From Chlorokybus atmophyticus (lineage: Eukaryota; Plantae; Mesostigma and Chlorokybus algae): 32,709 bases of DNA. The notes below the pieces were generated by a model. The model saw nothing but the letters and a program-made list of their open reading frames with translations. It searched no databases and had not been told where the DNA came from. Each line of letters opens with the position of its first letter. Position 1 is the first letter of the stretch. Below, one piece after another: positions 21,121 to 32,709 of the stretch. The stretch lies in contig RHPI01000977.1 of the NCBI GenBank assembly GCA_009103225.1, positions 68,478 to 101,186 of the forward strand, written 5' to 3'. Position numbers and translations under genes: made by a program.

Positions 21121-24017
21121 GGCAGATGGACTCCATCAAAGACCATCCCTCACCCTGGCAGTGATATTTTCTTGAGCCATAGAGGGGACGTCAAGAGGAA
21201 CTTTGTTTATTTCCTAAGCCACCTTCTTAAGCAAGCAAGTGAGCATGACCTGCTTCGTGGATGAACTTAGCTTGCAGCCTGGGGACAAAGCCTGGTTTGT
21301 GATTACCGGCAATGTATGGTCCGCTCGTATAAAAATGCATGTTCTATTGTGTAACTATGGGGACTCTTGGTACTGCTTTGAAGAGCTGCGAATTATGATG
21401 GAGGATGCAGAAAACATCGTCAAGCCCATCTTCTTTGATGATAACTTTGACAGCCTGCAAGCCATATTTTAGGAAAGTAAAAGCAGGTGAGTAGATTTGT
21501 ATACATACACACTGTCGCTCATTAAGGTAGACATGTTCCTGGTTGCAAACATGTTTCGTGCTTGCAGCGCATGCCTCAATGGTAAAGAGGAATACATCCA
21601 AAACAAATCGGCATACTGTGATGCGCTTGATATAGCATTTACAACAACGGTTCTTCATGCCTTGGCTCCGCATGCTAGACCTTGCTACAACTGATTGGGA
21701 TGGCACACTTCCTGTTCCCGACAGGGTCCGTTCAGAGCTGGTCTATCTCGAGTGGAAACGCCCGCGCTGTTCAGCCTTGAGCAATTTCTTGTGTAATGCC
21801 GCTGCATGCCAAAACTTGGTCGTCCTAATCATAGAACAAGCCGTCCATGATCATGCCTCAATGACAGTGGCTAAGTCCATAGGAAACCTCAAGGTGCTGC
21901 AAATTCTGGTGCTGCGCGGTTTTTATGATTTGAACGAGCTGCCTGAAGCGCTTGACGGGCTCACTATGCTATAGACTTTAGTTCTCTTCAGAACTGGTTT
22001 GCACATGCTACCCGAGTCTGTTGGAGGTCTCATGCATCTACAAAAACTGGACCTAGCATTAGCCTCAACTTGACGGCGCTGCCGGAGTCTGCAAATGCTG
22101 AACCTGAGCAAATGCAACAGCTTGGCGGCGCTGCCAAAGTCTTTTGGCAAACCGGCTGCCGTACAGACGCTGGACCTGAGCAAGTGCGACAGCTTGATGG
22201 CACTGCCGGAGTCCTTCGGCAAGTTGGACAACTTAGAAAACGCTGAACCAGAGCGCGTGCGACTACTTGGCGGTACTGCAGGAGTCCTTCAGCAAGCTCG
22301 CTGCTCTGCGTGAGCTAGACCCAAGCTGGTGCGCGAGTTTGGTGGCGCTGTCGAAGTCTTTTTGCAAGCTCACTGCTCTGCACAATCTGAAGCTAAACGG
22401 GTACTTCCATCTGAAGGCGCTGCCAGAAATCTTCAGTGCGCTGCATCCTGCTGTTGTTGCTTTGCTACAGCACCAGCAGGAGGCGAAGGCAAAGGCCTCG
22501 GCCGCTATCGATAATGCTGCTACTGCTGTGCAGCAGCACCAGCAGGACGCGGAGGCCAAGGCCGAGGCCGCTGTCAACCATGCTGCTACTTCGTAAGTTT
22601 AGCATGGCTGTCTTCGCAAACCATGCGCAAACTCTTGTGCGGCAAATGCTTTACCATGCTTATAACAATTTGCGTGTGCTGCGGCATATAGCGGACAGGG
22701 AAAAGAGGCGAAGTTGACAGTATTCATCAGCTACTGCCCCTTTGACAAGCATCACGCAAAGCGTGTGTGGAGGCTTGTTGAGCAACTGCAACAAGATAAA
22801 GTACCCGTCATTGTCGACTACAAATCTGGATACCAATCATGGCCAGCTTTTATTGGGCAGATGTTTAAGGATGGCACAAAGGTACCAATGGTCACATCAT
22901 CTCTGATAGTGTAGAACATCTTGCGCATCGTGGCTGTCATCATCCATTCCCATCTTACATAGATTATATAGTAAGCAAGCACGTGAGCATGACAGACATG
23001 CATGCTTGGTTTCCGGTTGTTAACATAACGTTTCAGGTGGTGGTGGTTTGTGATGAGCATTATGAGCGATTTTCATCAAAACAGCCACCCGCAGCCGATA
23101 GGATGGGCGCGGGGACGCACGACGAGTACACGAACATACGAAACAAGGTTTATGAGGAGCAAAATCTTTCCGGGTGGTTGGTTCCAGTCATCTTCCGCCC
23201 CCCCGGAGAAAGAAAGCACGTACCAACGCTCATTCGAAATTTGGCTACTTCACCCTTGGCGATCAGCATGCAAGTTTAAAGGGGGAGGTGCATTTGCTTC
23301 ACGCTATGCAAACCTTTATGCACGAGCAAGACTTTGTAGCATGCGCTCAGTCTTTCTGAATGGTCTTACATGACGTCTGCGTTAGTAACTCCGTGGCTCT
23401 TTCGATGCCATCCTCATGCAATGGTAACCCTGGGCTGGGTACGACACCCTCATCAAGCACTTGGGAAGTGTGCCGGCCTTCATGCCCATGTCACACAGGT
23501 TTGCATTGCAGCCCACTTGACCTGCAGTGTTGACCTACCATGACATCCATAGTCCTAGAGCATTGTATATTGCAACGCTTCAGAGCCACAGAGAGTGGTC
23601 GAATCGCGTATTGCCACGCAGCAAAGCCATGAAACAGAGTTTGCTAACATGTGGCGCAAGGAGGTATAAGACGCCATGGACACATAACAGCCTTTTTGCT
23701 GACCTCGGCAGACTTCTACGCTGACTTCAGAGCATATTATGGCAGTGATGGCAGCCCGCAAGCAAAGCGCTTGAGAAGGGTCGACCGTGCACGGAGGTTA
23801 AGATTTGCGCAATTGAACGCTTGCTCGGTACTGTTATGACCTCCCCACCAACCTAACAGGGTTACACGGGACTTCTGGCGTATAGCATACAAGTGGTACA
23901 TGGATGGCATGTTGCCTATTTTTTCAGCAAGTCCAGTGTTTGGTTTGTGAGAGGCAACACGACGCGACTCATGGTTGAGCCCATTGACATTGCCAATTGG
24001 GCTCGAGCTGTGGAAGA
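21121..24017 (+). pseudogene. TIR-(NB-ARC deleted)-LRR-SEFIR-EP(truncated) relic, copy 2 of the fusion NLR
   Basis: TIR DIFLSHRG.DVK...TCFVDELSLQPG...SWYCFEEL...KPIFFDD. TIR exon 2 runs out of frame directly into MPWLRMLDLATTDWDG at ~21650. Shortened LRRs, SEFIR exons (22700-23490), and EP up to LMVEPIDIANW (23977-24000). Many stops and frameshifts. Confidence 0.9.
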
Positions 24018-26715
24018 TGTCATGCCTATTGCCCGCGCATACCAGCTATTATCGAGCATGCCTACATCGAAACCATCGTCCGGCCTACCAGCATACCAAC
24101 TCGCGCGCGTCACTGATCAGTAGCTAGGTCATGACTCTAGAGTAGCTCACGACCAGAGCCTACATAGGCACCGCGCGTAGCTGTTCAGTTGTGAGTTCGG
24201 TTATAAGTGGTGTTCTATATCAAGTGGTGATTGCTGTGGAAATAGCCTCGAAGTAACTGTTAGCTGTTCTGAACAGTCATGATTTGACTTGTATAAGTAG
24301 TCACGGTATTCACCGGATCAGCTGGTGACACTGTGAGTGAGAAAGCTAAGAGCTTGTGAAGCGACTTGAATGGCTAGCACGACATTCCGGTTATTACTGA
24401 GAAACCCCTCACTATGTGAGAGCCTGTGGATGCTCGTGTGCATCGTGCTTGTCATTGCTGTGAGCTTGGTGTGCCTGGTTGCAGTGTGCTTGTTGGCATC
24501 AATCAGGGCATAGTATCCACGTGTTGCTTGCTCATTCACCTCACTAAATAGTATAACACATTTTCCGCTCATGCAAAGAATTGTGTAAACAGCACTACCT
24601 ATAGTAGTGGCTTGTTGACTCACAGTGTCACCCTCTGTGCTCAAGTCAGTGCGTCGTATTCTGCATCAGAGCGTGCAGTCTATATCTGGGGACACATCCA
24701 TGTGCATTCGTTGTCACTGTCATCACATAATGCACACACAAGCACTAGTGTGGTGAGTGGTAGCGGCATCAAGACAGGCGGTAGAGCACAAACACTCTAC
24801 CCTGCATACACTTTAACACTATGATGGCTTTTGTACTATATATAGTACTTGTACTATAGGAAGTACTGAAAAACAGACTTTTTGGGCCACCAGGTTATAA
24901 GAAGTAAATTAATTTGTTAATTAACATATCCTATATGGTTAAACTCAAAATTTGAAGGAGAACACGGGAAAATTGTCCTTAGAAATTTATTGCTTAATAG
25001 TCAACTAGGTCTGCAATTTCAAAGTCAAGTCTAAACTGCGTTTTTTGGGTATTTTTCGCCCATTTTGGCGGCGCTTTCAGCAGTGAGTTAGCCCCGCTCC
25101 TAGCAAGCTCTGGCGGCTGAAAAGCCCTGGCGATGGCGTCCTCATCGGAGGCAGCGGCGGCGGCGGCGGATAGGTCCAGGGGTTGGGTAGGTAGGAAGGT
25201 GAAGGCCCCAGCTACTTACTGGACAGTAGCGTGGGCTAAGGCAGAGTTTGGGGCAGCTTGGCAAGTTGCCTACATTGATGGGCACGTTGTGGGCTTCAAG
25301 CAGGGGCCCACAACGAGCGGCGATAGCTGGGAGGTGTGGTGGGCATATGACGGCACCAATGGCTTGCTTGCCTTGAATGCCATGCTATCCTACCTTCAAG
25401 AAGAAGAGGGCGACTCACGTCAGCAGCAGAAGGGTGGGGAGGACTTAGCAAGCCTCTTGCATGCGTTAGATGATAGGCTGGAGGAGGAAGAGGAGTGCTT
25501 GCCAGAGGAAGAGGAGCAGCGCCTGCCAGAGAGTGAAGAAACGGAGATAGAGGAGGATGAGGAACTGAACAGTAAACATAAGGGAAGGATGAGGGAGAGA
25601 GGCAAAGGGAGAGGCAGGGGAGGCAGGGGGCGTGGAGTTGCAGCTGGTTGCGGAGCAGGGAGAGGGAGGGGAGGAGGGAGAGGCTCATCCCAACCAACTG
25701 TGCCACGCGGGTCAGGCAGGCCGAGGGGGAGGGGGCGGGCGCCGCGCGCGCATGTGCGTGTCAGCCTGCGCCAGCCGCTGGACAGTGAGGACGAGGTGTC
25801 TCCTGATTCTGCAAGCAGCGAGGATGAAGCCCCCACCGGTAGGTATTGCGTGCACATGCATGCGCTCAACAGAATACATCACAACCCACACAACACTTAT
25901 TGTTGACTACACTCACAGGCATGGATGAAGATGTAATTGGCAGTGCATATGATGATGAGGAAATCGATCCGCGTGCTGTTCGTTGGCGTGTGGGTGGAGA
26001 GGATGAAGTGTACAATTGGCTTGCTGCTGATTCTTTCGTGGGTCATACGGGTCCGTGCATTCAAGACTTGAGTGGTAAAAACCCCTTGCAACTCTTCCTC
26101 CTCTTCTTGCCATTGGTTTTTTGGGATCATGCGGTGATGTAAACCAACCTATACGCTAGCGCCCAACGCACACACCTTGATGTTGAAGCGGGTCGTGCTG
26201 GATTCCTGTCACACGTCAAGAGTTGTTGCAATGGGTGGGTCTCACGCTAGCCATGGCATGTCACACATTAAATGACATGCAATCTCATTGGCGCACCGGT
26301 CTAATGGGGGCAATCACATTTCCTAACGTTGCACGGTGTATGCCATTCAAACGCTATCAAGCCATAAAACGCTACTTTCACCTTAATGATAATAGCCAAC
26401 GCCCTAGTGAACATGCTACACGTGAGTACCGGCTATGGCACATACTACCCGTAATCAACACACTACGTGACACATTCCGCAAGAACTATAAGCCTGGTAA
26501 ACACATTACTATTGATGAGTGCACCATGCCTATACGCAATAAGACGTGCCCTATTCATAAATACAACTCTAGCAAACCTTACAGGTTCGGTATTGAAGTG
26601 TTCCAAGCATGTGACTCGGACACATACTATTGCTATGATTTTATAGTATATGACAAGCTACCTAGGCACGAGTTGCACACATGGGTAGTGAAAGAACTAG
26701 TAGCTAATGTGCCAT

Positions 26716-27393
26716 ATGAGGGGAAGGAGGGGGGCACAGGGGAACTGATTGGCTGAAGGGGGAGTGATTGCGAACTACAAAGCACGTACTTTCGGGCTGC
26801 TTCTCCCACCGGACGAGAGTCGAGTTGGTTGTGGACGAGTTGCTCTTGCAGCTCTCGAACAAACTCCATGCGTGTGTACGTTGGGTTTGCGTGCACAAAG
26901 CAAACCCACACGTTAGCAATTGCCCCATCAAACAGGCCCCACTATGCTCGGTGCCACCATGTCACCGCCTTCGATTGCTTTTGTATACTATAGTTTGTCT
27001 TTAAGCAATACTTGTCATATTGATCAACGGCATCCTTGTGTAGGTTGTATACGACGGCGCACTCCGGAGCAACAACATCCGCACGCCGACCATCGGTTTG
27101 CAAACGACTCACAACATCATGACTCACACCATGACTTGTGGATAGAAAGAAGACGGGCTGCTTATCCTTCAAACACACCGCAATCAAGCCATCACTAGGG
27201 GCAATAGCACACTTGAATGTTCCTTGCACGTCGTGATTGTCTAGAATTACCATACTAGAAGGATAACCAACACGGTTAGCTAGTATAGTGCCTGTGCCAT
27301 AGTGTCCACGTGATCTCAACCATAGTAGTACTTTAGGTGAAGTGAAGCCTCAATCTAGGACAATGTGGTGATGTCCTCCCTCCTTCCCCTCAT
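26716..27393 (-). other. 678-bp internal inversion bounded by perfect 16-bp inverted repeats
   Basis: atgaggggaaggaggg at 26716-26731 and ccctccttcccctcat at 27378-27393. Flipping the segment restores the frame ...VPYEGKEGGHHHIVLD*GFTSPKVLLWLRSRG. Confidence 0.9.
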
Positions 27394-27488
27394 CAACACG
27401 ATTGTTATCACCATCATTACCTCACATCGCTCTCATGCCAATCAGCGTTTTCTCTCCCTTCTACCCTTCACTTACATTATCATCAACG

Positions 27489-27910
27489 CCCTCCCATCAG
27501 CCAGTCAGTCCGCCCCCCTCCCCTCTCACTTACACCATCATCAACATCACCACCACAACTCCCTCCCATCAGCCAGTCAGTCTGCCCCCCTCCCCTCTCG
27601 CTTACACCATCATCAACATCACCACCACAACTCCCTCCCATCAGCCAGTTGGTCCGTGTTCCCTCCCCTCTCACTTACACCATAAACAACATCACCACCA
27701 CAACTCCCTCCCATCAGCCAGTTAGTCCGTGCCCCCTCCCTCTCACTTACACCATCCTCAACATCACCACCACAACTCCCTCCCATCAGCCAGTTAGTGC
27801 GTGCCCCCTCCCCTCTCACTTACACCATCCTCAACATCACCACCACAACTCCCTCCCATCAGCCAGTCAGTCCGTGCCCCCTCCCCTCTCACTTACACCA
27901 TCATCAACAT
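27489..27910 (+). repeat. Minisatellite, about six 72-73 bp units, inside a transposase intron
   Basis: The unit ccctcccatcagccagt.agt..g..ccctcccctctcacttacaccatc.tcaacatcaccaccacaact starts at 27489, 27561, 27633, 27706, 27778 and 27851. Confidence 0.93.
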
Positions 27911-29154
27911 CTCCCTCCCTCCAACTAGTCCCGTCAGTCAGTCCCCCTCCTCTCCCCCTCTCAATGTTGTGCTCCCCTCACCACCCCTCACCGTGCTTTG
28001 CAGGCATATAGATGCATTCAAATATGTGATTGGGCGCTTCTCTGGACACCATTTTGTCTGCATGCATCCCACCAAGCAAAGGTGGTGCTTGGTGTGCAGC
28101 GCCGACGCCAGGAATGCAGAGTTGCAGCTCGGGGGAGTAAGAGGCAGAGGCAAGAAGTCATGCTATTGGTGTGAGCCTTGCAATGTGTACTTGTGTAAGG
28201 AGCCGTGCTTCCAAAGATACCACACCGACCGGGCAATTGTGGGTGTTGATGTTGGCCCCAAGCGGAAGAGAAGGAGCATAGCTGAGAGTATGTAGATTGG
28301 CCTAGGTTGGCACTTTAGTGACGATTGTGATGAGAAATTTGACTCATTTATGGTGATGGCCACATGCTACACTTTGCGTGTAGACAATGTATAAGACATG
28401 CAATGCGGTGTGTACAGACGAGTATTGTACACAAGTCAAGCTAAAAGGAGGCCCATAACCTTGCTATATCATACATGTGACACAGCCAATACATGCCATA
28501 ACCATAGGTCTACTCAACATCTCATTTGCGGCGCTATCGAAATGACCACTTGCGCAGTGCGCAGGCTATATACCCACAAGCACTCTATGATTTTTCATGC
28601 GACCCTCGGATGCCAATGGGCTGAGTGAGTAATTTTCCATGGATATACACATCATACAGAGAGCGTCATTAAGAGGGCTTGATTTTTAGACCTCTACATT
28701 GCATGTGGCCTGTTACCTAAAATTCACCTTAACAGTAATTTTTTCAGTACAGTTACTGGCCAGGCTAGTGTTAACCTGTGGACTAGCTGTCTGAGCATGC
28801 CCACCCCGTTTTCTTCAATAGACAGGGGTGACCTCAGCAGCTGGAGCCCAACCACCAATCTCATGTTAAAGAAAATAGCAACACATGTAGCTAAGGCTGA
28901 TGCTGGACATGCACACACACAACTCTACAGCCGCGAGAGCATACACAAAAGCAACACTTTCACTTCATTACAACTCATTCATGGGTTTTATACCCGCTGC
29001 AGTTACACCTGTCTACTCTAGAAGCAACTGTGTACGCTACACGTCATCCTTTCTCATGAGCTTAGCTGCATAACGTAGCTAACTTCAAGACCTTTCCAAC
29101 AAGCTAAGCCACGCGCCAAATGGTTACGTAACCACCAAGTTATAAGCGTTCTTT

Positions 29155-29248
29155 TGCGCGCCTAGAAGTTGCGCCTAGAACCTTCTCTTCGACTGGAGTC
29201 TCCGCCTGGAACCTTCTCGAATGGTGTCCGCGCCTGGAACCTTCTGGC
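29155..29248 (+). repeat. Four short cgcct(a/g)gaa(ccttct) repeats upstream of gag
   Basis: Copies near 29157, 29177, 29204 and 29229. Confidence 0.6.
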
Positions 29249-29273
29249 GGCCAAACCTTCGGAGTTTACACCT

Positions 29274-30863
29274 ATGCTTATATGGAGGGCAAGGCTGACC
29301 GGATATAGAAATATCCTCAACATCTCACCTACGAGCGGACCAGTGACGGGAGCAACGATCGCAGTAGCAGAGGCTCGCGTGCTGTCTCCGGCTTCACTCC
29401 GTTCCTGTCTGATCCTCGGCATCGAACTTCCCCACTCTCGTCCGACAGTCAAGTTCCATTCCAAGATGCGACAGCAGGCTCTGAAGAAAAAAGACTGGTT
29501 TAATGAGATTTCTTTTCACATTGCTGCTCATTATCTGGACCATGAAGCGCATGATGTCTAAAAGTCTGTTGCTGTACTGCATCGAGTTAATGATTATGGC
29601 GAGCTCGCCAGCACCATAGCATCTGTGTCACGGCACAGTCCAGCAGCCGTCTTCCCACCTACCACTCCCGCTGCAGTCACCGGGTTGTCGTTAGCAGCAG
29701 TCATCGACAGGGCAGAGGAGAAGGAACGAGAGTTGGTGATCGTAAACCTGACCCCTGCAGAGATTAAGACGAAGACGGCCGCACAACGGGCCCGGATCCT
29801 AGACCGTTCTGCTGCTATCTTTGAAGAACAACGAGCTGCAGCCGTTGAGGTGGGCACACCCCTACCGTTGGCAACACGTGGCTCGCGTGCAGGAGGCAGT
29901 GCTTTCACCCTCAGGTCAGTCGCACTGCGCGCACCAGCCATCACTGTAGGTGCTGCCATCTCTGACTCTCCACTTAAGGACCTATATGCTGCACTTCGTC
30001 GCACCTTCCCATCGCAAACCACCAGCAAAGTGGAGGAGCTGAGACGGTTCCGATGCAAGCCCTACGAGGACCCTCTACGCCTGTACTCCAGACTTGAAGG
30101 GTTGCTAAAGGACACTGACAACAAGATTGTCAGTGACGAGGCTGCTGCAGTGGTATATGTTAATGACTTGGATGCCATCCTGAGCGAGGTGACGCGCCTG
30201 ACCCTGAACTACAGCAGGCCCCTTGACTACACGCTCAAGGAAGCTTTCGAGACTGCACAAGCCATCCATAAGCGCTTGGTGTATGAGAAGGCAGTGCTGT
30301 ACACCAGCCGCAGTGCCTCACGGCATGTAGCCAGCACAACTACCGAGCTACGCGTCGTGAACGTGGCCGGGACGCTCCACCATCACACGACAAAGGGAAA
30401 CGGTCAGCGCATACTGCTTTGCCTGCCCCTGTGCTGTGTCGTAGCTGTGGACGGCACGGGCACTACCAAAAGGAGTGCACCGAAGAGTACTCAACCCTGG
30501 TCTGCGACTATTGTCACAAAACAGGCCACTTAGAGTCAGTCTGCTGGCTCGAGTTCCTGGAGTTGAGACAGCCAACAGCTACAACAGCAACAACACTGGA
30601 GGCCATTAACAGCAACAACTCTGGGGGCTACAATAGCAACTAAACCGGAGGCCACATAACAACAACAACAACTACACCAACGCTCGCAAGGAAGAGCAAG
30701 GCTACAGGGGGAAGAATCGTCCTCCTCAGCGCAAGGACTGGAAGGACGTCCGCGCGCTGCTGTTGTTGCCGCTAAGGCTCCAGCCAACCCGTCAGCTGAT
30801 GACCATATTGCTGCCCTTATGGCGCGTATGACACGCTTGGAGGAAGACAAGGAGCAGGACTAG
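29274..30863 (+). mobile_element. Decayed retrotransposon gag-like ORF with two CCHC zinc knuckles
   Basis: Gag-like helical segment LYAALRRTFPSQTTSKVEELRRFRCKPYEDPLRLYSRLEGLL...YTLKEAFETAQ, then CRSCGRHGHYQKEC (30437-30478) and CDYCHKTGHLESVC (30503-30544). Stop at 29559-29561 and frameshifts. No protease, RT or integrase seen downstream in the window. Confidence 0.75.
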
Positions 30864-30893
30864 CGTGCCTGCTACTCTGCCCGATGGGCACTG

Positions 30894-31913
30894 ATGGCTC
30901 CGAAGCGCACAAGAGACATTAGCACTCCGTCACGCGTTCAACCATCCCGACGAGCCCGAGGGGAAGCCGCAACATTGTCAGCAGCTATTTCCTGTGAAGC
31001 CACTTGTAGTGCTGCACTAGCAGCAATAGCTACACCGGCTACGACATCGAATCCGTCAACGTCAGCAGCAACTACTCCAGTTGCACCAAAAGTTGGTACA
31101 TCGGTGGGCACCGTGACGCCAACAATGGTGAGCACGCTGGCGACAGCCACTGCTGTCACCGACTCTGCAGCAATAGGTCGCACCGGTCCCGCTCCAACTG
31201 CAGGATCACTTGTATTAGCGAGCGTTGAGACCACTCTCGCGCCACTAGGCGGCACTCTTGCAACCACTGCCAGTGCCATTGTCACGTCCGCTGTCACTGC
31301 AGCGACGTGTGCAGCTACATTGCCCGCCCTCGATGTCACCCAGGCTGTCCCGCGAGGTCAGCAAGGTAAGCGCGCATGGGAGACCATCATGCGTGGAGCA
31401 GATCCCACTACCATTGCTTTTAGGCGCGGAGGAGAGCGCAAAACGCACGTTGAACGCAGTGATCGCGTCTTCCCATTGCCTGAATGAATCACACCCTGCC
31501 AGAACAGACTCAGCGGCAACTGGAGGATGAAATCCTCGTCGGCACGGCGCCTCCCATGCGAGATTGCGTCTTTGTGGTCAAAGCCTGTTGTGCTGGAGTT
31601 GGCACTACAGCTGTTCTAGACTCTGCATAACAACATGCAGACTGCGCCACGCCAGCCCGCACCAGTCCGTCGTCCTTTCAAGCCAAGCCCGCTGGATGCG
31701 TATCGGGACCGGCAACCCAACGTACAGCAGCACATCATTAATACAACTGACATGCCTTTGGGGGATAACGAAGCACTGAGACCCCTCAGTACCAATCGGC
31801 TTCACGAGCGCTACACGGCTGTGGAGCAAGCGTTCACATGGCGGCAAGACCAAACGGCAGCAATCAATGCAAGAGCACAAGCCCTTGCTGCTGCTCGCGC
31901 TTCCGTTCTTTAA
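30894..31913 (+). other. Ala/Thr/Pro-rich low-complexity ORF pieces following gag, probably part of the same element
   Basis: ORFs 30894..31487 and 31635..31913 directly follow gag on the same strand. No domain recognised. Confidence 0.35.
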
Positions 31914-32709
31914 CCGACAATCGCTGGCCCATTGTCCAGCACGACACCTCTCGGCGTTGAGCCCGACATTGACCAGGCGAGGGCGCTAGCCCAACAAACC
32001 AGGGGGTAATGGCCCCGCTGCTACCGGCCGTATTGGAAGACTTACCTGACGATCAACGGGATCCAGGAACAGGCTACCTCACACCACAAGGGTGTACACA
32101 GCGGGATGGAGCAGGCTCGGTCGGAGAACAGCAACTTCGCACTGCCCTGTTGCGACAAGCAACCATGCTACATCGATTAGAAGGCATTGGCCTGAGACGG
32201 ATGATGCACACGGATTGACGTTCGGGGACCATGCATGGTCCTTCCACGGACCCCGCGGGCCATACATGGTCCGTCCCCGCGGACCACGAGTGTCTGGTCC
32301 GTATACGTACCTCCATACCCAAAGCGTCTCTAGAGACGGTGTGGTATGTGTGGTCGAGACGCTCAGCGTCTCTGCCGGTCGGCCTATGGACGGCACGTTA
32401 TAAGTCCCTAACCTAACTGGTATCTATATCGGTTACCGACTGGTGATATCGAGACCTTGCAAAGGCTTGGATATCAGCAATCTTTACTCTCCTGTGGGTG
32501 GGCGTTGCTAGCGTGGGCGGCGGCGTGGGCGGCGGCGGCGGCGGAGGAGGCGGCGGCGGCGGAGTTACTAGTGCTAGTGTACTTAATGCTAGTTGTGCTT
32601 GACCGTGGAGGGCCCCTCCTTTGGGTTATATGATCAGTGGGCAGGGCACTGGTTAGTTTTGTTCCTTGCTGCACTGGTGAGTCAGTTGATACGATGCTTG
32701 TGTGTGCGT

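Larger units (their letters stand above)
25133..28295 (+). pseudogene. piggyBac transposase (DDE_Tnp_1_7-like) with introns, stops and an inverted central segment
   Basis: PLQLFLLF...M*TNLYA...WIPVTRQEL...YW...M...RYQAIKRYFHLNDN...IDECTM...CPIHKYNSSKPYRFGIEVFQACDSDTYY.YDF.VY (plus strand); HIVLD*GFTS...GTILANR...LST.H...YN...DAVDQYD...WWHR...FD.AIAN (minus strand, 26716-27393); C-terminal CRD CLVC...CYWCEPCNVYLCKEPCFQRYH (28085-28215). Introns at 25839-25918 and from ~26787 (in the flipped segment) to 28001. Confidence 0.92.
24817..28770 (+). mobile_element. piggyBac-family DNA transposon, ~3.95 kb, inactive
   Basis: TTAA at 24813-24816 and 28771-28774 flank imperfect ends CACTA..TGGC, with an inner GTACTGAAAAA at both ends. 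It encloses a piggyBac-type transposase. The end assignment is less certain than the transposase call. Confidence 0.75.

Noticed and set aside
24318-24644. 108-aa minus-strand ORF between the NLR relic and the piggyBac
   Set aside because: No recognisable motif; I considered an integrase fragment but found no DDE pattern.
27365-27920. His/Pro/Thr-rich ORFs and a CRISPR-like periodic array
   Set aside because: The 72-73 bp units are near-identical with no unique spacers and no cas genes; this is an intronic minisatellite in a eukaryotic transposon.
32415-32430. TGGTATC resembling a tRNA-iMet primer-binding site
   Set aside because: The match stops after 7 nt (no AGAGC), it lies downstream of gag, and no paired LTR was found.

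Overview
Intron-rich eukaryotic DNA. A green or streptophyte alga is my inference from the plant-type NLR, the short introns with CA/GT-rich stretches and roughly balanced GC; the sequence alone does not identify the organism. Bases 0.4-24.0 kb hold an immune-like cluster built from three modules: a plant-type TIR-NB-ARC-LRR (TNL), a bacterial-like SEFIR domain, and a domain carrying the EDS1/PAD4/SAG101 EP-domain signature (YY.xF[RK]...L.xFW...LP.xF...[FR]RL[ML]VEPIDIAN[YW]Y...HYL...RP..Y). Five loci: (1) TNL-SEFIR-EP fusion at 422-5661(-), full length but with 3 in-frame stops and about 8 frameshifts; (2) decayed signal-anchor-SEFIR relic at 8260-8985(+); (3) intronless TM-EP gene at 9711-10412(-), 233 aa, intact; (4) intact 6-exon signal-anchor-SEFIR-EP gene at 16716-18563(-), 416 aa; (5) a second TNL-SEFIR-EP copy at about 21121-24017(+) with the NB-ARC deleted. 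Loci 1+2 and 4+5 are head-to-head pairs from an inverted block duplication with reciprocal decay. Downstream lie a TTAA-flanked piggyBac (24817-28770) whose transposase is broken by an internal inversion between 16-bp inverted repeats, and a decayed gag/zinc-knuckle retroelement. The main candidate novelty is EP domains without the lipase-like domain, fused directly to SEFIR and to a TNL. Domain calls come from motif recall and hand splicing; no database search was run.
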